DNA from: a virus
Direction: 5' to 3' (one strand)
Virus record (IMG/VR): IMGVR_UViG_3300009285_002995
Location: 4,271-68,270 of that record
Length of the DNA: 64,000 bases
Position numbers and translations under genes: made by a program
Part shown: positions 47,135-56,977 of the stretch, one piece after another
How the letters are laid out: each line of letters begins with the position of its first letter
How positions within the stretch are numbered: position 1 is the first letter of the stretch
Notes under the pieces: model-generated
What the model was told of the DNA's origin: nothing
Databases searched by the model: none
Seen by the model: only the letters and a program-made list of their open reading frames with translations

Positions 47135-47251
47135 AGACCCAGTTGGGTTCTCGTATGGAATTCTTCCCAACTGGGTCTTCTGCTGTCAATCCGCACAGGG
47201 CGTTAGTGCGGTGTTATGCTCTGGGTGGGGTGTTTTCAGGGAGCCCAGAGC
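47135..47251 (-). other. three tandem stem-loops between the tail tube and chaperone genes
   Basis: Stems 47135-47147/47166-47178 (13 bp), 47191-96/47206-11 (6 bp), 47218-25/47244-51 (8 bp). Confidence 0.7.
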
Positions 47252-47264
47252 GGGTAATCAATTG

Positions 47265-47894
47265 TTATGTACCCCAGTAAATTCTGCCCAGCGGCATGGA
47301 ATCCCATGCTGCACTTCCAGCGCAAGCAGAAATACCACTATCTGAACGGGTCGCTTTAAAGGTAACACTTACCTTCGCAACCTCTTCTTTTTGCAGGTCA
47401 ATTTCAGTGTTACTGAGCACCTGTGCCCTTGGGAAAATAACAAACATCTTGTCTGTGTTATTCGGATAAGTGTAGTGCGCCTCCATACGGAGAAAAGCAG
47501 GGGTGCTCATTGCACCGATGTTTACACTACCACTACCGTCTGTCCACGGGTCTTTACCGGCAGCAAGTGCCATAGTGAAGCCATTAATTTCCTCAAAAGC
47601 ACACTCCAGTGATGCGTTTTCACGGATAGGAATCTGTGTGTCTTGAAGTAACGGAAACCCAGCTTCATGTGTGAAGTACTGACGCTCAATAGTTAATTTC
47701 GTACTGGCGAGTGCGCCAAGGCTGTAGGGGTTGCCTGCGGGGTTAGGAATGCCCCATGCAGTTGTCCCGAAGTAGCCATATTCTGCTGCGGTCGCACCGC
47801 TTGACGCAGTGAATGGCGCAACACGGATCTGCGCTAAACCTAGCGCAAGGTTCGCTGTGTTTTTGGTTAATGGTCCAGTCTGTGTGACAGCCAT
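47265..47894 (-). CDS. major tail tube protein
   Basis: Position before chaperones and tape measure; SLGAL...LECAFEEI...IFPRAQV...VTFKA beta pattern. Confidence 0.8.
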   Translation of the reverse strand: MAVTQTGPLTKNTANLALGLAQIRVAPFTASSGATAAEYGYFGTTAWGIPNPAGNPYSLGALASTKLTIERQYFTHEAGFPLLQDTQIPIRENASLECAFEEINGFTMALAAGKDPWTDGSGSVNIGAMSTPAFLRMEAHYTYPNNTDKMFVIFPRAQVLSNTEIDLQKEEVAKVSVTFKATRSDSGISACAGSAAWDSMPLGRIYWGT

Positions 47895-47973
47895 GTTTAA
47901 ATCCTCCGTCTATAAAAATAAAGTTAATTGTTTCACTTGTTATCTAAACTAAACTTGTTTACTTGTAGTCCTG

Positions 47974-48201
47974 TCAGGTATTGGGAAACTTGTTAAAGAT
48001 GTTCTCTGCACCACACTGAACGTTGATGCATTTCATTCTCATATCACCATTTATTTCAATTTTAACCCTAGGCTGAGCATCTTTGTTATCTCTCTGCCTC
48101 CCGAATTGAAAAACAAATAAACCGTTGCCAAGTCTCTTAGCCAGCTTCTTATTACATTTGTGGCAATATAACCATTTGCCTCCATTACTTTGGTCCGACA
48201 T
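47974..48201 (-). CDS. Mu Com-like zinc-finger protein
   Basis: LYCHKCNKKLA...IEI..KC...CGAEN; GGAGG RBS before MSDQ. Confidence 0.6.
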   Translation of the reverse strand: MSDQSNGGKWLYCHKCNKKLAKRLGNGLFVFQFGRQRDNKDAQPRVKIEINGDMRMKCINVQCGAENIFNKFPNT

Positions 48202-48215
48202 AGTACTTGCCTCCG

Positions 48216-48671
48216 TTATAACTTTGCACCCCATTTAAGCTGGTAGTTGAGAACCATTAGCTTTGATTTGTCAGGCGCTGGTTCTTGTTGTCCAGATGGC
48301 ATTCGCTTTACATATATACCCCCTATCACACGCCAAGGGTCTGTACTGGTGTCAAACAAGGTAATGTAAAAATTATCACTCACATCACTCACTATACTAT
48401 TCATAATAGTATCATGAAGTCTACTGATTTTAAAGCCTTCTGGGTCTTCTTGTGTCCTTAATATTATTGTTAAATCAGCAGTGCTTAACCGCTCAAGGTG
48501 TACGTTTGAGAGATTTATAGAAACCCATTGCTTCGCCGTGGTAAATTCAGCCTTATTTTCATCAAGCCAATCGTCAAAGGTGATTGCAATACCGCTAATG
48601 GTCTCTATATTGTCGACAAAATGTTTAGTAACAGATTTTTTTAAATTCTCATATTTTATGGTAGCGTCCAT
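48216..48671 (-). CDS. putative tail terminator
   Basis: Size and position upstream of the tail tube gene. Confidence 0.5.
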   Translation of the reverse strand: MDATIKYENLKKSVTKHFVDNIETISGIAITFDDWLDENKAEFTTAKQWVSINLSNVHLERLSTADLTIILRTQEDPEGFKISRLHDTIMNSIVSDVSDNFYITLFDTSTDPWRVIGGIYVKRMPSGQQEPAPDKSKLMVLNYQLKWGAKL

Positions 48672-49231
48672 TACTTCCTCCAGAGCCTTGGTCCTAAGTC
48701 AAAGAGAAAGTCTCTCCATTTAGTTATTGGTGTAGTGGCTGTTTTCCACCATGTTACTTCAAACGCACTGCGACTCGGTACTGTATAACCACTTGTCAAG
48801 ATACTATACCCATACTCAATAAGCCTTGCATACCAAGTGCCTTTGGTCATTTTGAATTTCTTCGTCCCATAGCCACTGTATGTATCAGAGTTATTTTTTT
48901 GAAGCCCAGCAGCAACGGCAGAACTAGCACCTCTTGCAATGCGCCAAGATTGCAGATTCGCAAGCACAGAACCAGTAAAAATCCAAAATTTTCTATGCCC
49001 AATCTTTTTCATTTTCCAGTTCCCGTACCGTTTGCTATAAGCGCCCCAATATGCAGCATACTTTTGATATACAATTGTCTCACGCACTTCACGCACGTAA
49101 TCATTAGCCAACTCTCTCATCAAGCCGTGGCTGTCACTGGTTACAGAACTATAGATCTCATTGTATATCTTATTAGCTGCCGCCTTTACTTTCCGTATAT
49201 CATTTTTATTAACTTCACATCTAATTGCCAT
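48671..49231 (-). CDS. putative neck/tail completion protein (HK97 gp10-like)
   Basis: Basic; FTGSVL, YARLIEYG, VPSRSAF motifs. Confidence 0.6.
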   Translation of the reverse strand: MAIRCEVNKNDIRKVKAAANKIYNEIYSSVTSDSHGLMRELANDYVREVRETIVYQKYAAYWGAYSKRYGNWKMKKIGHRKFWIFTGSVLANLQSWRIARGASSAVAAGLQKNNSDTYSGYGTKKFKMTKGTWYARLIEYGYSILTSGYTVPSRSAFEVTWWKTATTPITKWRDFLFDLGPRLWRK

Positions 49232-49607
49232 CTATATAACCTGGATTTAAAATATGTTCGTGTTTAGTCCCAATGCTTGGATAAAGTTCCGAGTTACAAT
49301 CTGCATCTTTATGAAACAGCCTAAATTCTTTTCTTATATTGCCATCCTTTTTTACTTTTACGCTCAGCACGTCCCACTCTTTTATCATGGCAAAGATGCA
49401 CATTGCTTCAACAAGGTCAAGCATTGGCTGTTCATCGTCGTACATCAAAATAAACCAGTCATAACCATCGTTGCCAGTAGTTAAACACCCAACATCAATC
49501 GATATGTCTACCCCGTCAACAATTGTTTTTAGACCGGTAATCTTTGAGTGCGTTTTCGATCTTTGCAGGTAAATCGCTTTCATTTTTGGTATTAATAATT
49601 GTGTCAT
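49221..49607 (-). CDS. short GT-A (GT2)-like glycosyltransferase fragment or domain
   Basis: DWFILMYDDE...RLFH resembles the GT2 DWilxlDaDE...RlF pattern; overlaps the upstream GT gene. Confidence 0.4.
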   Translation of the reverse strand: MTQLLIPKMKAIYLQRSKTHSKITGLKTIVDGVDISIDVGCLTTGNDGYDWFILMYDDEQPMLDLVEAMCIFAMIKEWDVLSVKVKKDGNIRKEFRLFHKDADCNSELYPSIGTKHEHILNPGYIDGN

Positions 49608-51624
49608 AAATAGCCCTTACAGAACTTGTTATAATTTCTGGGTTGATACTTTTTATACAATTATAATTACAGTCATTATAATTCCCGGAGCATGGGCCTA
49701 TAATTGGACAAACAAGAGAGTAGTTTGGTCTTATGTCGACAGTTATATACTCTGGCTTTATTATCCTGCGGGATTGACTTGAGTAAATAATAATCCCTAC
49801 TTTATGCAAACAAGCTGCAAGATGGGCTGGGAAACTATCTACACCGATAAACATTTTTGCATTAGCCATTACCCACGCTGTTTCACGGAATGATAATTTA
49901 CCCCTCAGGTCAACAGCACAATTAACTTTTGGGTCTTTCCCCCCACCGACCTGCACAAAAATTAAACCCTGACGACACAAGCTTTCAAGTGATTTGTCCA
50001 TGAATGGATAAAACCTATGCGGCGTACCACCATTGTTGTGTATCACAATATAATTTTTACCCTCCAATACATCAACAGCTTGGTTTTTTGGTCTTACAGT
50101 GTCTATAAACATTTCTGTATATTCAACACTACACAGGTCGGAATAAAGTCTTGAAAGCGGTGTGTCACCAGCACCCCAATTACCACGACGTATTACTTGG
50201 TGAGGATAATAAACATGGGCGTAGTCCTTGACAATCTCTGGGTCCCACTTCACTATCTCATTTATATACAGATTGTTTTCAACGATGTCTCTGTAAATGT
50301 CAGACGTCATATAGTCAAGTAACATACCGGGATGTTTCTCGCGAAGATTTCTCAGAACCCCAGTAGTAAGCAATACATCGCCAGCAGACTCATGCTGCAT
50401 AAACAAAACTCTTGTTTTTCTTTCTGGTACTTCTTTTTTCCCATCTCTTATCTCTTGCATCAGCGGTTCCATAATTTCAGCAAACTCGCCAGCCTTTGTA
50501 TATTCCTGTGCGTGCTCATACCCACGCTTGATTATATTTTTATCAGCCCCTTTTGTATAGATTTCTTCTAAAAACTCTACCGCACGATCTAAATTACACC
50601 GCCTACGGGGGACATACATATTTTTACCCATAGAACTTATTGGGATATAAAGCATCTCATTTGTAGCCCTAACAGCATATGCCTTGCCGTCATTTACAAG
50701 CTGCCGCATACCAGTGGATAGTGGAGCAACAACAGGACACTCACAAAGTTGAGCTTCCAATATAGGCACACACAACCCCTCAGCAACACTTGTTACCAAA
50801 AGAACATCAACAGCGTTATAAAGCCTTACCATTGTATTAACATCTTGGTGTTTAATGGCCTGTTTAAAAGCTACACGGCCTTGCAAACCGTATTGATCGA
50901 CTAACTGCCCTAAATCCATACCAAAATGATCATTTATTTCTGTATGTAAATATAAAAGAGTGTCGTTGTGTTTTTTACTGAATTTTTTAAAAATAGCAAT
51001 TGCTCTTTCAAAGTCCTTTCTTATCATGTTTTTGCCAACACAGGCAACAATAAATTTATCGTCAAAGCCAAACAGTTCTTTTTTTATCTCTGATCTTGTT
51101 TTTTCACTCTTTTTAAACACACTTCCATCTACAAAATATTTGTAATACTTCAGCTTCGGCACACGATCTTTATACAGCTTATAACCGTTATAGCTGTAGG
51201 TAATTGGCAGATCGGTGAGTTTCATTATCTGAAACCACTCTTCTACAAACTCATCACAATCAACGGGGAACATTTGTGCCCATTTGAAACCAGTCCTCTC
51301 ATGATAAACATTACTGTTTTTTGCAATATTGTAGAGCCTATAAATATCGTTGTTGCTATAAAATAAATTATATTTGCTAGCAGCCATAAAATCCATCAGA
51401 TCTTTATTCCCAATGGGGTCCATCATTGGATTCCCAATTGGAGTTAAATGAAGTCTGTTAGGCATTTTAAAACTTTTGTCAAGGCTGAATGAATTGTAGC
51501 AGAGAGCAACAACGCTTGTATCTTCGTTGGCATTTAGAAGTTCTTCAATGTTTACCCTATTGATGTTTGCGTTTGCAGAGTTGCTGGCAGGATTATCACC
51601 ATAGAAAATTGTGTTGATATTCAT
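49516..51624 (-). CDS. two-module glycosyltransferase (GT4-like fused to GT9 heptosyltransferase-like)
   Basis: GT4: RKD, LYNAVDVLLVTSVAEGLCVPILEA; GT9: SAGDVLLTT, DLRGKLSFRE, FIGVDSFPAHLA. Confidence 0.85.
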   Translation of the reverse strand: MNINTIFYGDNPASNSANANINRVNIEELLNANEDTSVVALCYNSFSLDKSFKMPNRLHLTPIGNPMMDPIGNKDLMDFMAASKYNLFYSNNDIYRLYNIAKNSNVYHERTGFKWAQMFPVDCDEFVEEWFQIMKLTDLPITYSYNGYKLYKDRVPKLKYYKYFVDGSVFKKSEKTRSEIKKELFGFDDKFIVACVGKNMIRKDFERAIAIFKKFSKKHNDTLLYLHTEINDHFGMDLGQLVDQYGLQGRVAFKQAIKHQDVNTMVRLYNAVDVLLVTSVAEGLCVPILEAQLCECPVVAPLSTGMRQLVNDGKAYAVRATNEMLYIPISSMGKNMYVPRRRCNLDRAVEFLEEIYTKGADKNIIKRGYEHAQEYTKAGEFAEIMEPLMQEIRDGKKEVPERKTRVLFMQHESAGDVLLTTGVLRNLREKHPGMLLDYMTSDIYRDIVENNLYINEIVKWDPEIVKDYAHVYYPHQVIRRGNWGAGDTPLSRLYSDLCSVEYTEMFIDTVRPKNQAVDVLEGKNYIVIHNNGGTPHRFYPFMDKSLESLCRQGLIFVQVGGGKDPKVNCAVDLRGKLSFRETAWVMANAKMFIGVDSFPAHLAACLHKVGIIIYSSQSRRIIKPEYITVDIRPNYSLVCPIIGPCSGNYNDCNYNCIKSINPEIITSSVRAIYDTIINTKNESDLPAKIENALKDYRSKNNC

Positions 51625-51659
51625 AACTTGTCTCCTTGTACTTGTATTGTTTTGTTTTG

Positions 51660-52259
51660 TTATCTTGTATCTTCTATCAGTTTAAGTATACTACAACCAC
51701 TTAAACTGATATTGTCTATCGTCTCGACTATATAATTGTTGGAACCATTTGTAAATCTGTCTAAGCGTTTTATATTTTCGTTAAAAGACGTATAAAAAAA
51801 GTAGTTGTTGTCCTCAATTGGCATAGCGTGAAAGCTTGACACATCAATACGAGCTGGTACAATACAACCAAATACGCCGGATGCATATGCTGGATATGTA
51901 ATTGCTGGTTCCAACGTAGCTGCGTCCCGTGTATTTGTGATTGCTCCAAAAGTACCAGTTGTAATATTACAAACATATAGATTACCAATATTTGTTACTA
52001 TCTGATTTAACAAATAATCGGCATTCTTTGTTGCTATAAGAAAATACTCATCTGGTATTGTACTTACGGAAACGATGTCGCCAGCAATAAACGGTGTGTC
52101 TGATTTAACACCGTAGCGTCTTAAATACTTCCCTTGCCAACCAACAATATTGCTTGGGCTTTCTATGTCAATATAGTCATTCACCAAGTCGCTTACTCTA
52201 GTACATATCACCCCTATTTTTTTATAGACTTTCGTAAAAGACTTAGCAATAGAAGACAT
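51660..52259 (-). CDS. putative head closure/head-tail joining protein
   Basis: Position after the adaptor; beta-rich. Confidence 0.5.
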   Translation of the reverse strand: MSSIAKSFTKVYKKIGVICTRVSDLVNDYIDIESPSNIVGWQGKYLRRYGVKSDTPFIAGDIVSVSTIPDEYFLIATKNADYLLNQIVTNIGNLYVCNITTGTFGAITNTRDAATLEPAITYPAYASGVFGCIVPARIDVSSFHAMPIEDNNYFFYTSFNENIKRLDRFTNGSNNYIVETIDNISLSGCSILKLIEDTR

Positions 52260-52714
52260 TAACTATTCTTTCCATTAACAAGAACATTACCAGTTGACTC
52301 ATATGTTATGTCCTCGCCGGTCAGTTTATCATTCAAAAACCCACTGCCAACAACAGTGCCAAACATAGCCCCTTTTGTATCAGCAAGCCCAAACTTGTCA
52401 GGGTTCTCAAGCTGTGCAAGTTGATATTCGTCATCCATGTCTTTCAAGCGTTCTTTGTAATTGACAACGATCTGATTAAGGCTCGCTTTTGGGACATTAA
52501 AATTATCCATAGATGAATTATATTTATAGGAAAACAGCCAGCGTTTCATACGCTCTTTAAGCCACTTTAGTTTAAAAACATCAGTGTCGTCACAGGTAAA
52601 ACCAGTCTCGTCCACTGCTTGATCATAGGCAAGCGCATAATGGGCTGCTTCAAACTCAGTGCTTAAATCCATCAACTCTAATTCTACTTCGTCAATGATT
52701 GCTTCTTCTGTCAT
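52259..52714 (-). CDS. putative head-tail adaptor
   Basis: Helical 151 aa, downstream of the capsid gene. Confidence 0.5.
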   Translation of the reverse strand: MTEEAIIDEVELELMDLSTEFEAAHYALAYDQAVDETGFTCDDTDVFKLKWLKERMKRWLFSYKYNSSMDNFNVPKASLNQIVVNYKERLKDMDDEYQLAQLENPDKFGLADTKGAMFGTVVGSGFLNDKLTGEDITYESTGNVLVNGKNS

Positions 52715-52717
52715 CTC

Positions 52718-52981
52718 TTACCCCATATCTGGCATAGGTTTATTACCAAAATACTTTGCCCAAACTTTCGGAGTAATAAACTGCGCAATCAGCATACCCT
52801 TAATCCTGTCCAACCGCACGGCAAAATCGTGGTACTTGTCATACCACGGCTCACCCTCTTTTAATATCATTAAATGCTTGCCACCAAGGATAGGGTTTAA
52901 TACAACGATTGCTTTTTTCTGGATTGCGTTTTTTGGTTTTTCGATAGGTTTGATTTGGTTCATAATACACCCCTTGTACAT
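52718..52981 (-). CDS. hypothetical protein
   Basis: Short ORF after the capsid terminator. Confidence 0.45.
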   Translation of the reverse strand: MYKGCIMNQIKPIEKPKNAIQKKAIVVLNPILGGKHLMILKEGEPWYDKYHDFAVRLDRIKGMLIAQFITPKVWAKYFGNKPMPDMG

Positions 52982-52988
52982 TCTTGTG

Positions 52989-53030
52989 AAAAAATAGGCG
53001 GGTCCTCCAACCGAGCGAAGACCCGCCTAT
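52989..53030 (-). terminator. intrinsic terminator after the major capsid gene
   Basis: 11-bp stem ATAGGCGGGTC/GACCCGCCTAT followed by a T-run on the - strand. Confidence 0.8.
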
Positions 53031-53064
53031 ACATTTGTGGAGGGATAGTGCCTAACTATACATT

Positions 53065-54378
53065 TTACTCGTCAGGCCACAGCACACCGTTTGTGGTTGC
53101 GCTCACTCTCATTACCATCCAGTTTGCCTCGGAGATTTTCGGCCCACCGCTGATGCCAGCACCTACCTCAAGATTGTAGGGCGGGCGGTCGGTGTCGAAG
53201 TGGTTCCATGTGTAACGTCCGGGCTGCGGGCTAGAAATAGAGCTACTCTTCACGAGCGATGGCACAGATACCCAGTTGTTATTACCAAGCCTGTTGTTCT
53301 TCTGCCCTTGGAATACAAGGTAATTCGTGGGCAGGAGTTTGCGGGTGGCAACAACACGATCTCCGACGTTGAAAATAGGGTTGCTGTTTGCGCCGATAAC
53401 AATGGCGTTATTTGCAGCAGAGGTAATGGTATTGAAATATTCGTTCATACCAGTTGCGCTGCTCTTTATAACGATATCGTCATTGGCAGCAAACACGCTG
53501 CTATCTTCTACATACAGAGTGGTATCTGATGCAGCAGAAGTTGCTGAAATGCGACTCTCGTCGTGATAGATGCGGGAGTCAATTTTGATCTTTACTCCCT
53601 TCAGACCAGTCAGTAACGAAACCAGCTCTTCGTTCTCAATACTCATGCGAACGAGCTGCTGATTAAGTTTCATAAGGGTCTGAAACTCAGTTGAGGCCTC
53701 AATCTTGGCTGCGGTTATGTCGTTAATCCACACAACAACGGTCTCGTAACCGAGTTTGCGGAAAAACATAACAGCTTGCTTGATGTCCTCAAGCGGGGTA
53801 CAAGCAGCAGCAGTATCCCATGTATTACCGGTAGTCCAACGCACCTGATGGTTGCCACTTGATTTGGTTATGTCGATGTACCGGAAGTAAGGTATATTAG
53901 GATTAAAGGTGTAGTTAGTACCCCACCTGTCTTCCTTATACATTGCTTTCAGCACAAGGTCCATACTCACCCGCTCGATGAGATTACTAATTCTCACGTC
54001 GAGAAGGTTAAGAGCATCGGTCACCAGTCCTTCCGCCATACGGGTCAGCGGGGCAGCGGGGTTAACGGCACGAAGCAATACTTCTTCGTTGAAGATCATT
54101 CCTTCACGCCAGTGCCCTGAGCCATACTGTTTATAGGCGAAGCCCGGAAGCTCGATTCTCATGTGGTCTGCGCCAAGACGCACCGGATAGGTCTTGCCGT
54201 ATCCGCCGAATTTAATCATGTCGATTACGTCGAGATTGTCAACTTCTTTGAACGGGAGAAACGTATCAGTAAAAAGATACTGATTTGGCTCCGGCTCAAA
54301 CTCGTTAACAATACTGTCCATAACCGTCGGACGGAAAATGTTAAGGTCTTTAAGTTTTAAAAGCAGTTCACCAGCCAT
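53065..54378 (-). CDS. major capsid protein (lambda gpE-like) with inserted beta domain
   Basis: 437 aa; perfect SD; follows scaffold and decoration genes; LDVRISNLIE, WDTAAACTPLEDIK pattern; terminator downstream. Confidence 0.8.
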   Translation of the reverse strand: MAGELLLKLKDLNIFRPTVMDSIVNEFEPEPNQYLFTDTFLPFKEVDNLDVIDMIKFGGYGKTYPVRLGADHMRIELPGFAYKQYGSGHWREGMIFNEEVLLRAVNPAAPLTRMAEGLVTDALNLLDVRISNLIERVSMDLVLKAMYKEDRWGTNYTFNPNIPYFRYIDITKSSGNHQVRWTTGNTWDTAAACTPLEDIKQAVMFFRKLGYETVVVWINDITAAKIEASTEFQTLMKLNQQLVRMSIENEELVSLLTGLKGVKIKIDSRIYHDESRISATSAASDTTLYVEDSSVFAANDDIVIKSSATGMNEYFNTITSAANNAIVIGANSNPIFNVGDRVVATRKLLPTNYLVFQGQKNNRLGNNNWVSVPSLVKSSSISSPQPGRYTWNHFDTDRPPYNLEVGAGISGGPKISEANWMVMRVSATTNGVLWPDE

Positions 54379-54399
54379 TCGTATTCACCTCCTTTACAA

Positions 54400-55077
54400 T
54401 TAAGTTATAATGTCTACAAAATGTAGAGAAGAATTGTTAACGGGGTTGAAAATACGATAGTCAGTGCCGCTCACCGTATGATACAAGCCTTTAACCTTCG
54501 ATTTCACAAAGGTCCCCTGTATATACGCTTTTGTGCCCTGCTCAATGCCCCGAGTCAATATAACATCTTCAAGCACCACACAAGCATTTTCAGAATAAGT
54601 CGCAATGTCTGCGCTGCCGGAAGTAGTTATGCCAATGCCAACACCACTTGCCACAAACACAAGGTCACCACCAGTACCAAGGCTGGTCAACGCTGCGGTA
54701 GTGGTAATCTGTGTATCACTGTCGATACTTGCAACAGTGGTATTAACCGCCGAGAAAGCATTTGCACTCACGTCAAAGAAAGTGACCTGGTCACCAACTC
54801 TAAAGTGTCTTGCAGCTCCAACGGTATCAAACACTACGGTGGTACTGGATGTACCTGTCGTGGTCTTACCGCCAAAGCAAAACGGTATAATGCTTTTCTT
54901 GTCGGCTGATCTTATCCACAGGGAAGGTCCCTTTATGGTCTCATAGCCGATCCCTGAGGAAACACGGTCACTGGGGATTGTAGCTGGCAAAGCCGTAAAC
55001 TCATTGCCAATTAAACAATCCAGAGCACGTCCCTCGTTGTAACCGAAATTAAGCTGGTTTGGAAAATTTTCAGACAT
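54400..55077 (-). CDS. head decoration protein
   Basis: Directly upstream of the capsid gene with an identical translation start region; Ser/Thr-rich insertion. Confidence 0.65.
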   Translation of the reverse strand: MSENFPNQLNFGYNEGRALDCLIGNEFTALPATIPSDRVSSGIGYETIKGPSLWIRSADKKSIIPFCFGGKTTTGTSSTTVVFDTVGAARHFRVGDQVTFFDVSANAFSAVNTTVASIDSDTQITTTAALTSLGTGGDLVFVASGVGIGITTSGSADIATYSENACVVLEDVILTRGIEQGTKAYIQGTFVKSKVKGLYHTVSGTDYRIFNPVNNSSLHFVDIIT

Positions 55078-55091
55078 TCGTATTCACCTCC

Positions 55092-56264
55092 TTACTTTTT
55101 ATTTTTTTTACCAAAGCGTTCTTCGAACACTTTTTTGCCGTAATCAACATCCTGTTTAAACTGCGTCTCTTCCTCTTTCGTGGGGGCGATAAATGATTGC
55201 CCAATCACAACAGAGGGCATCTCCGGCATCCTATTTTCCCAGTCTTCGATCTCTTTGGAGAATGCAGCACGAAATGCAGCTTCATCCAGAACGTCATCCT
55301 TTACATGGTCGGCATAGTTTACATGCTGCTCAACCTTGTCCCACAGTGTTTTGGGGAGTTTGCTGGCCTTCAACAGTTCTGCCTTGATAGTCGCCGCCTG
55401 TGCCATGCGTTTCTCTTCCTTCATGATTGCAAGCTGCTTGCTATCCTCTTTCCTCTCGGTCACAACAGTGTCAAGCTGTTGGCGCAGAGCTTTAATCTCG
55501 TCGCTCTGGTCTTTCGGCTGGTTCTTCAGCGCATCAGCAACAGCCTGCTTGATGGCATCTGCTTTCTCCGCCTCAAACTTCGTGGAAAGCTCTTGTTTGA
55601 TTTGTTCTACACCTGTAGTGTATTCATCAGGGTGCAGTTCTTTAAACTCGTTAAACTTCATAGTTTTCACCTCCTCTAGTTCTTGCGATAGATTTTTTGA
55701 GAACTTCTGAAACAGAAGCCCTGCATCTTTAGCAGCCCCATACGTAACCCAATCTGTAGAATTATACCCAGCAACGCTATCCAATACCTGAATTATTTTG
55801 TCACCGCTCTTGATGTACTTGACGTCTTTTCTGCTCACAGCAACGTCAACAGAAAAGTCTACAGATTTTGGCGCTTGTTTGATTGAGCTACGAAGTGCTT
55901 CTCTTTTCTCAGTACCTGACAGTACTTTAATATAGCCTATAAGGGCATAATTCTCATCATCGGTTTGTATTACTTTTAATGTATCGAGGTCTATATTTGC
56001 AACCCAGTCAGCAGGGTCTCTGCTACCAGCACCAAAACTAAAAAAGTCCATGCCATGACCGGAAAACATTTTCTCATTGCTAGTCTTTTGCATAACCTTG
56101 CGCAAATTCTGTATAGCTTTTGCTTCCCACTTGACGTCATTGGCTGTGACCTTGGTGTCTGCAAAGCAAATAGGCAGCATGTCTTTATCGAAGTCGAAAT
56201 TTTCGTAATCAATTACTGCTTTTTTATCCAAGCCTGAGAAGAAAATATAGCGTTCTGTGCTCAT
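55092..56264 (-). CDS. prohead protease-scaffold protein
   Basis: N-terminal GH...DFSVD...STDWVTYGA herpes/HK97-type protease pattern; C-terminal coiled coil with internal RBS and ATG (MKFNEFKELHP). Confidence 0.7.
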   Translation of the reverse strand: MSTERYIFFSGLDKKAVIDYENFDFDKDMLPICFADTKVTANDVKWEAKAIQNLRKVMQKTSNEKMFSGHGMDFFSFGAGSRDPADWVANIDLDTLKVIQTDDENYALIGYIKVLSGTEKREALRSSIKQAPKSVDFSVDVAVSRKDVKYIKSGDKIIQVLDSVAGYNSTDWVTYGAAKDAGLLFQKFSKNLSQELEEVKTMKFNEFKELHPDEYTTGVEQIKQELSTKFEAEKADAIKQAVADALKNQPKDQSDEIKALRQQLDTVVTERKEDSKQLAIMKEEKRMAQAATIKAELLKASKLPKTLWDKVEQHVNYADHVKDDVLDEAAFRAAFSKEIEDWENRMPEMPSVVIGQSFIAPTKEEETQFKQDVDYGKKVFEERFGKKNKK

Positions 56265-56306
56265 ATATAGACTCCTGTTAAACTCAATATAATTCGTTCA
56301 TGTCTA

Positions 56307-56966
56307 CTAAACAAATGTCAGGTGTTTGTTGCTACCACCATAAAGTGTCTTTGCCCCAGCTTTGCTGCTTGGCATGTAGATACGCCTGCAAACGTATTTA
56401 TCTATAAAACACCCGCTTATATATATTTTTATGGGGAGTATCTGGTCACGTTTTATAAAAATCTCTCCGCAATTAACAACGGTATTTTGGTCTGCTGTAT
56501 CGTCATCAACTTTTGGCCCAACAACACCATCTGTGTCTGTCTTGTATAAAAATAATAAATCCCCAGCCTCTAACCCCGTAAGCGCAGATTTTAAAACAAC
56601 CTGTTGTGCTGTTGTATCCACACTATTCACAATAGCTGTATGTGTGACAAAACACCCCGCACTGTAATCATAATACGTCACAGTGTCGTTATTTAAAAAG
56701 TGTCCAGCCTCCACAGAATCTATAAGTGTTATGGTTACACCATCAACCTCAAACACTTCCCCGCCCAAGCAATATGGAAAACAATGGTATGGAGATTTCT
56801 CTGCCCTTACCATCAACATTGGGCCATAAACAAACTCTCCATAATCCCTGTACCTATTACCCTTAACAGTACCATTTATGTCAACAAAGGTTTTACCCAC
56901 TACTGGGCAAAACTCCCTTGCAATCTTTCCGTTAAATTGTGCTGGGTATAAGTTGTCATATTCCAT
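56307..56966 (-). CDS. second head decoration-like protein (paralogue of 54400..55077)
   Basis: YPAQFN/FPNQLN, GP, PYCLGG/PFCFGG, HF..D.VT.YD, K.YI.G.F and L.FV are shared. Confidence 0.7.
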   Translation of the reverse strand: MEYDNLYPAQFNGKIAREFCPVVGKTFVDINGTVKGNRYRDYGEFVYGPMLMVRAEKSPYHCFPYCLGGEVFEVDGVTITLIDSVEAGHFLNNDTVTYYDYSAGCFVTHTAIVNSVDTTAQQVVLKSALTGLEAGDLLFLYKTDTDGVVGPKVDDDTADQNTVVNCGEIFIKRDQILPIKIYISGCFIDKYVCRRIYMPSSKAGAKTLYGGSNKHLTFV

Positions 56967-56977
56967 GTTGTTCTCCT

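Noticed and set aside
47107-47196. N-terminal extension of the chaperone ORF as given in the ORF track
   Set aside because: The strong RBS lies before ATG 47106, and the extension runs through the hairpin region.
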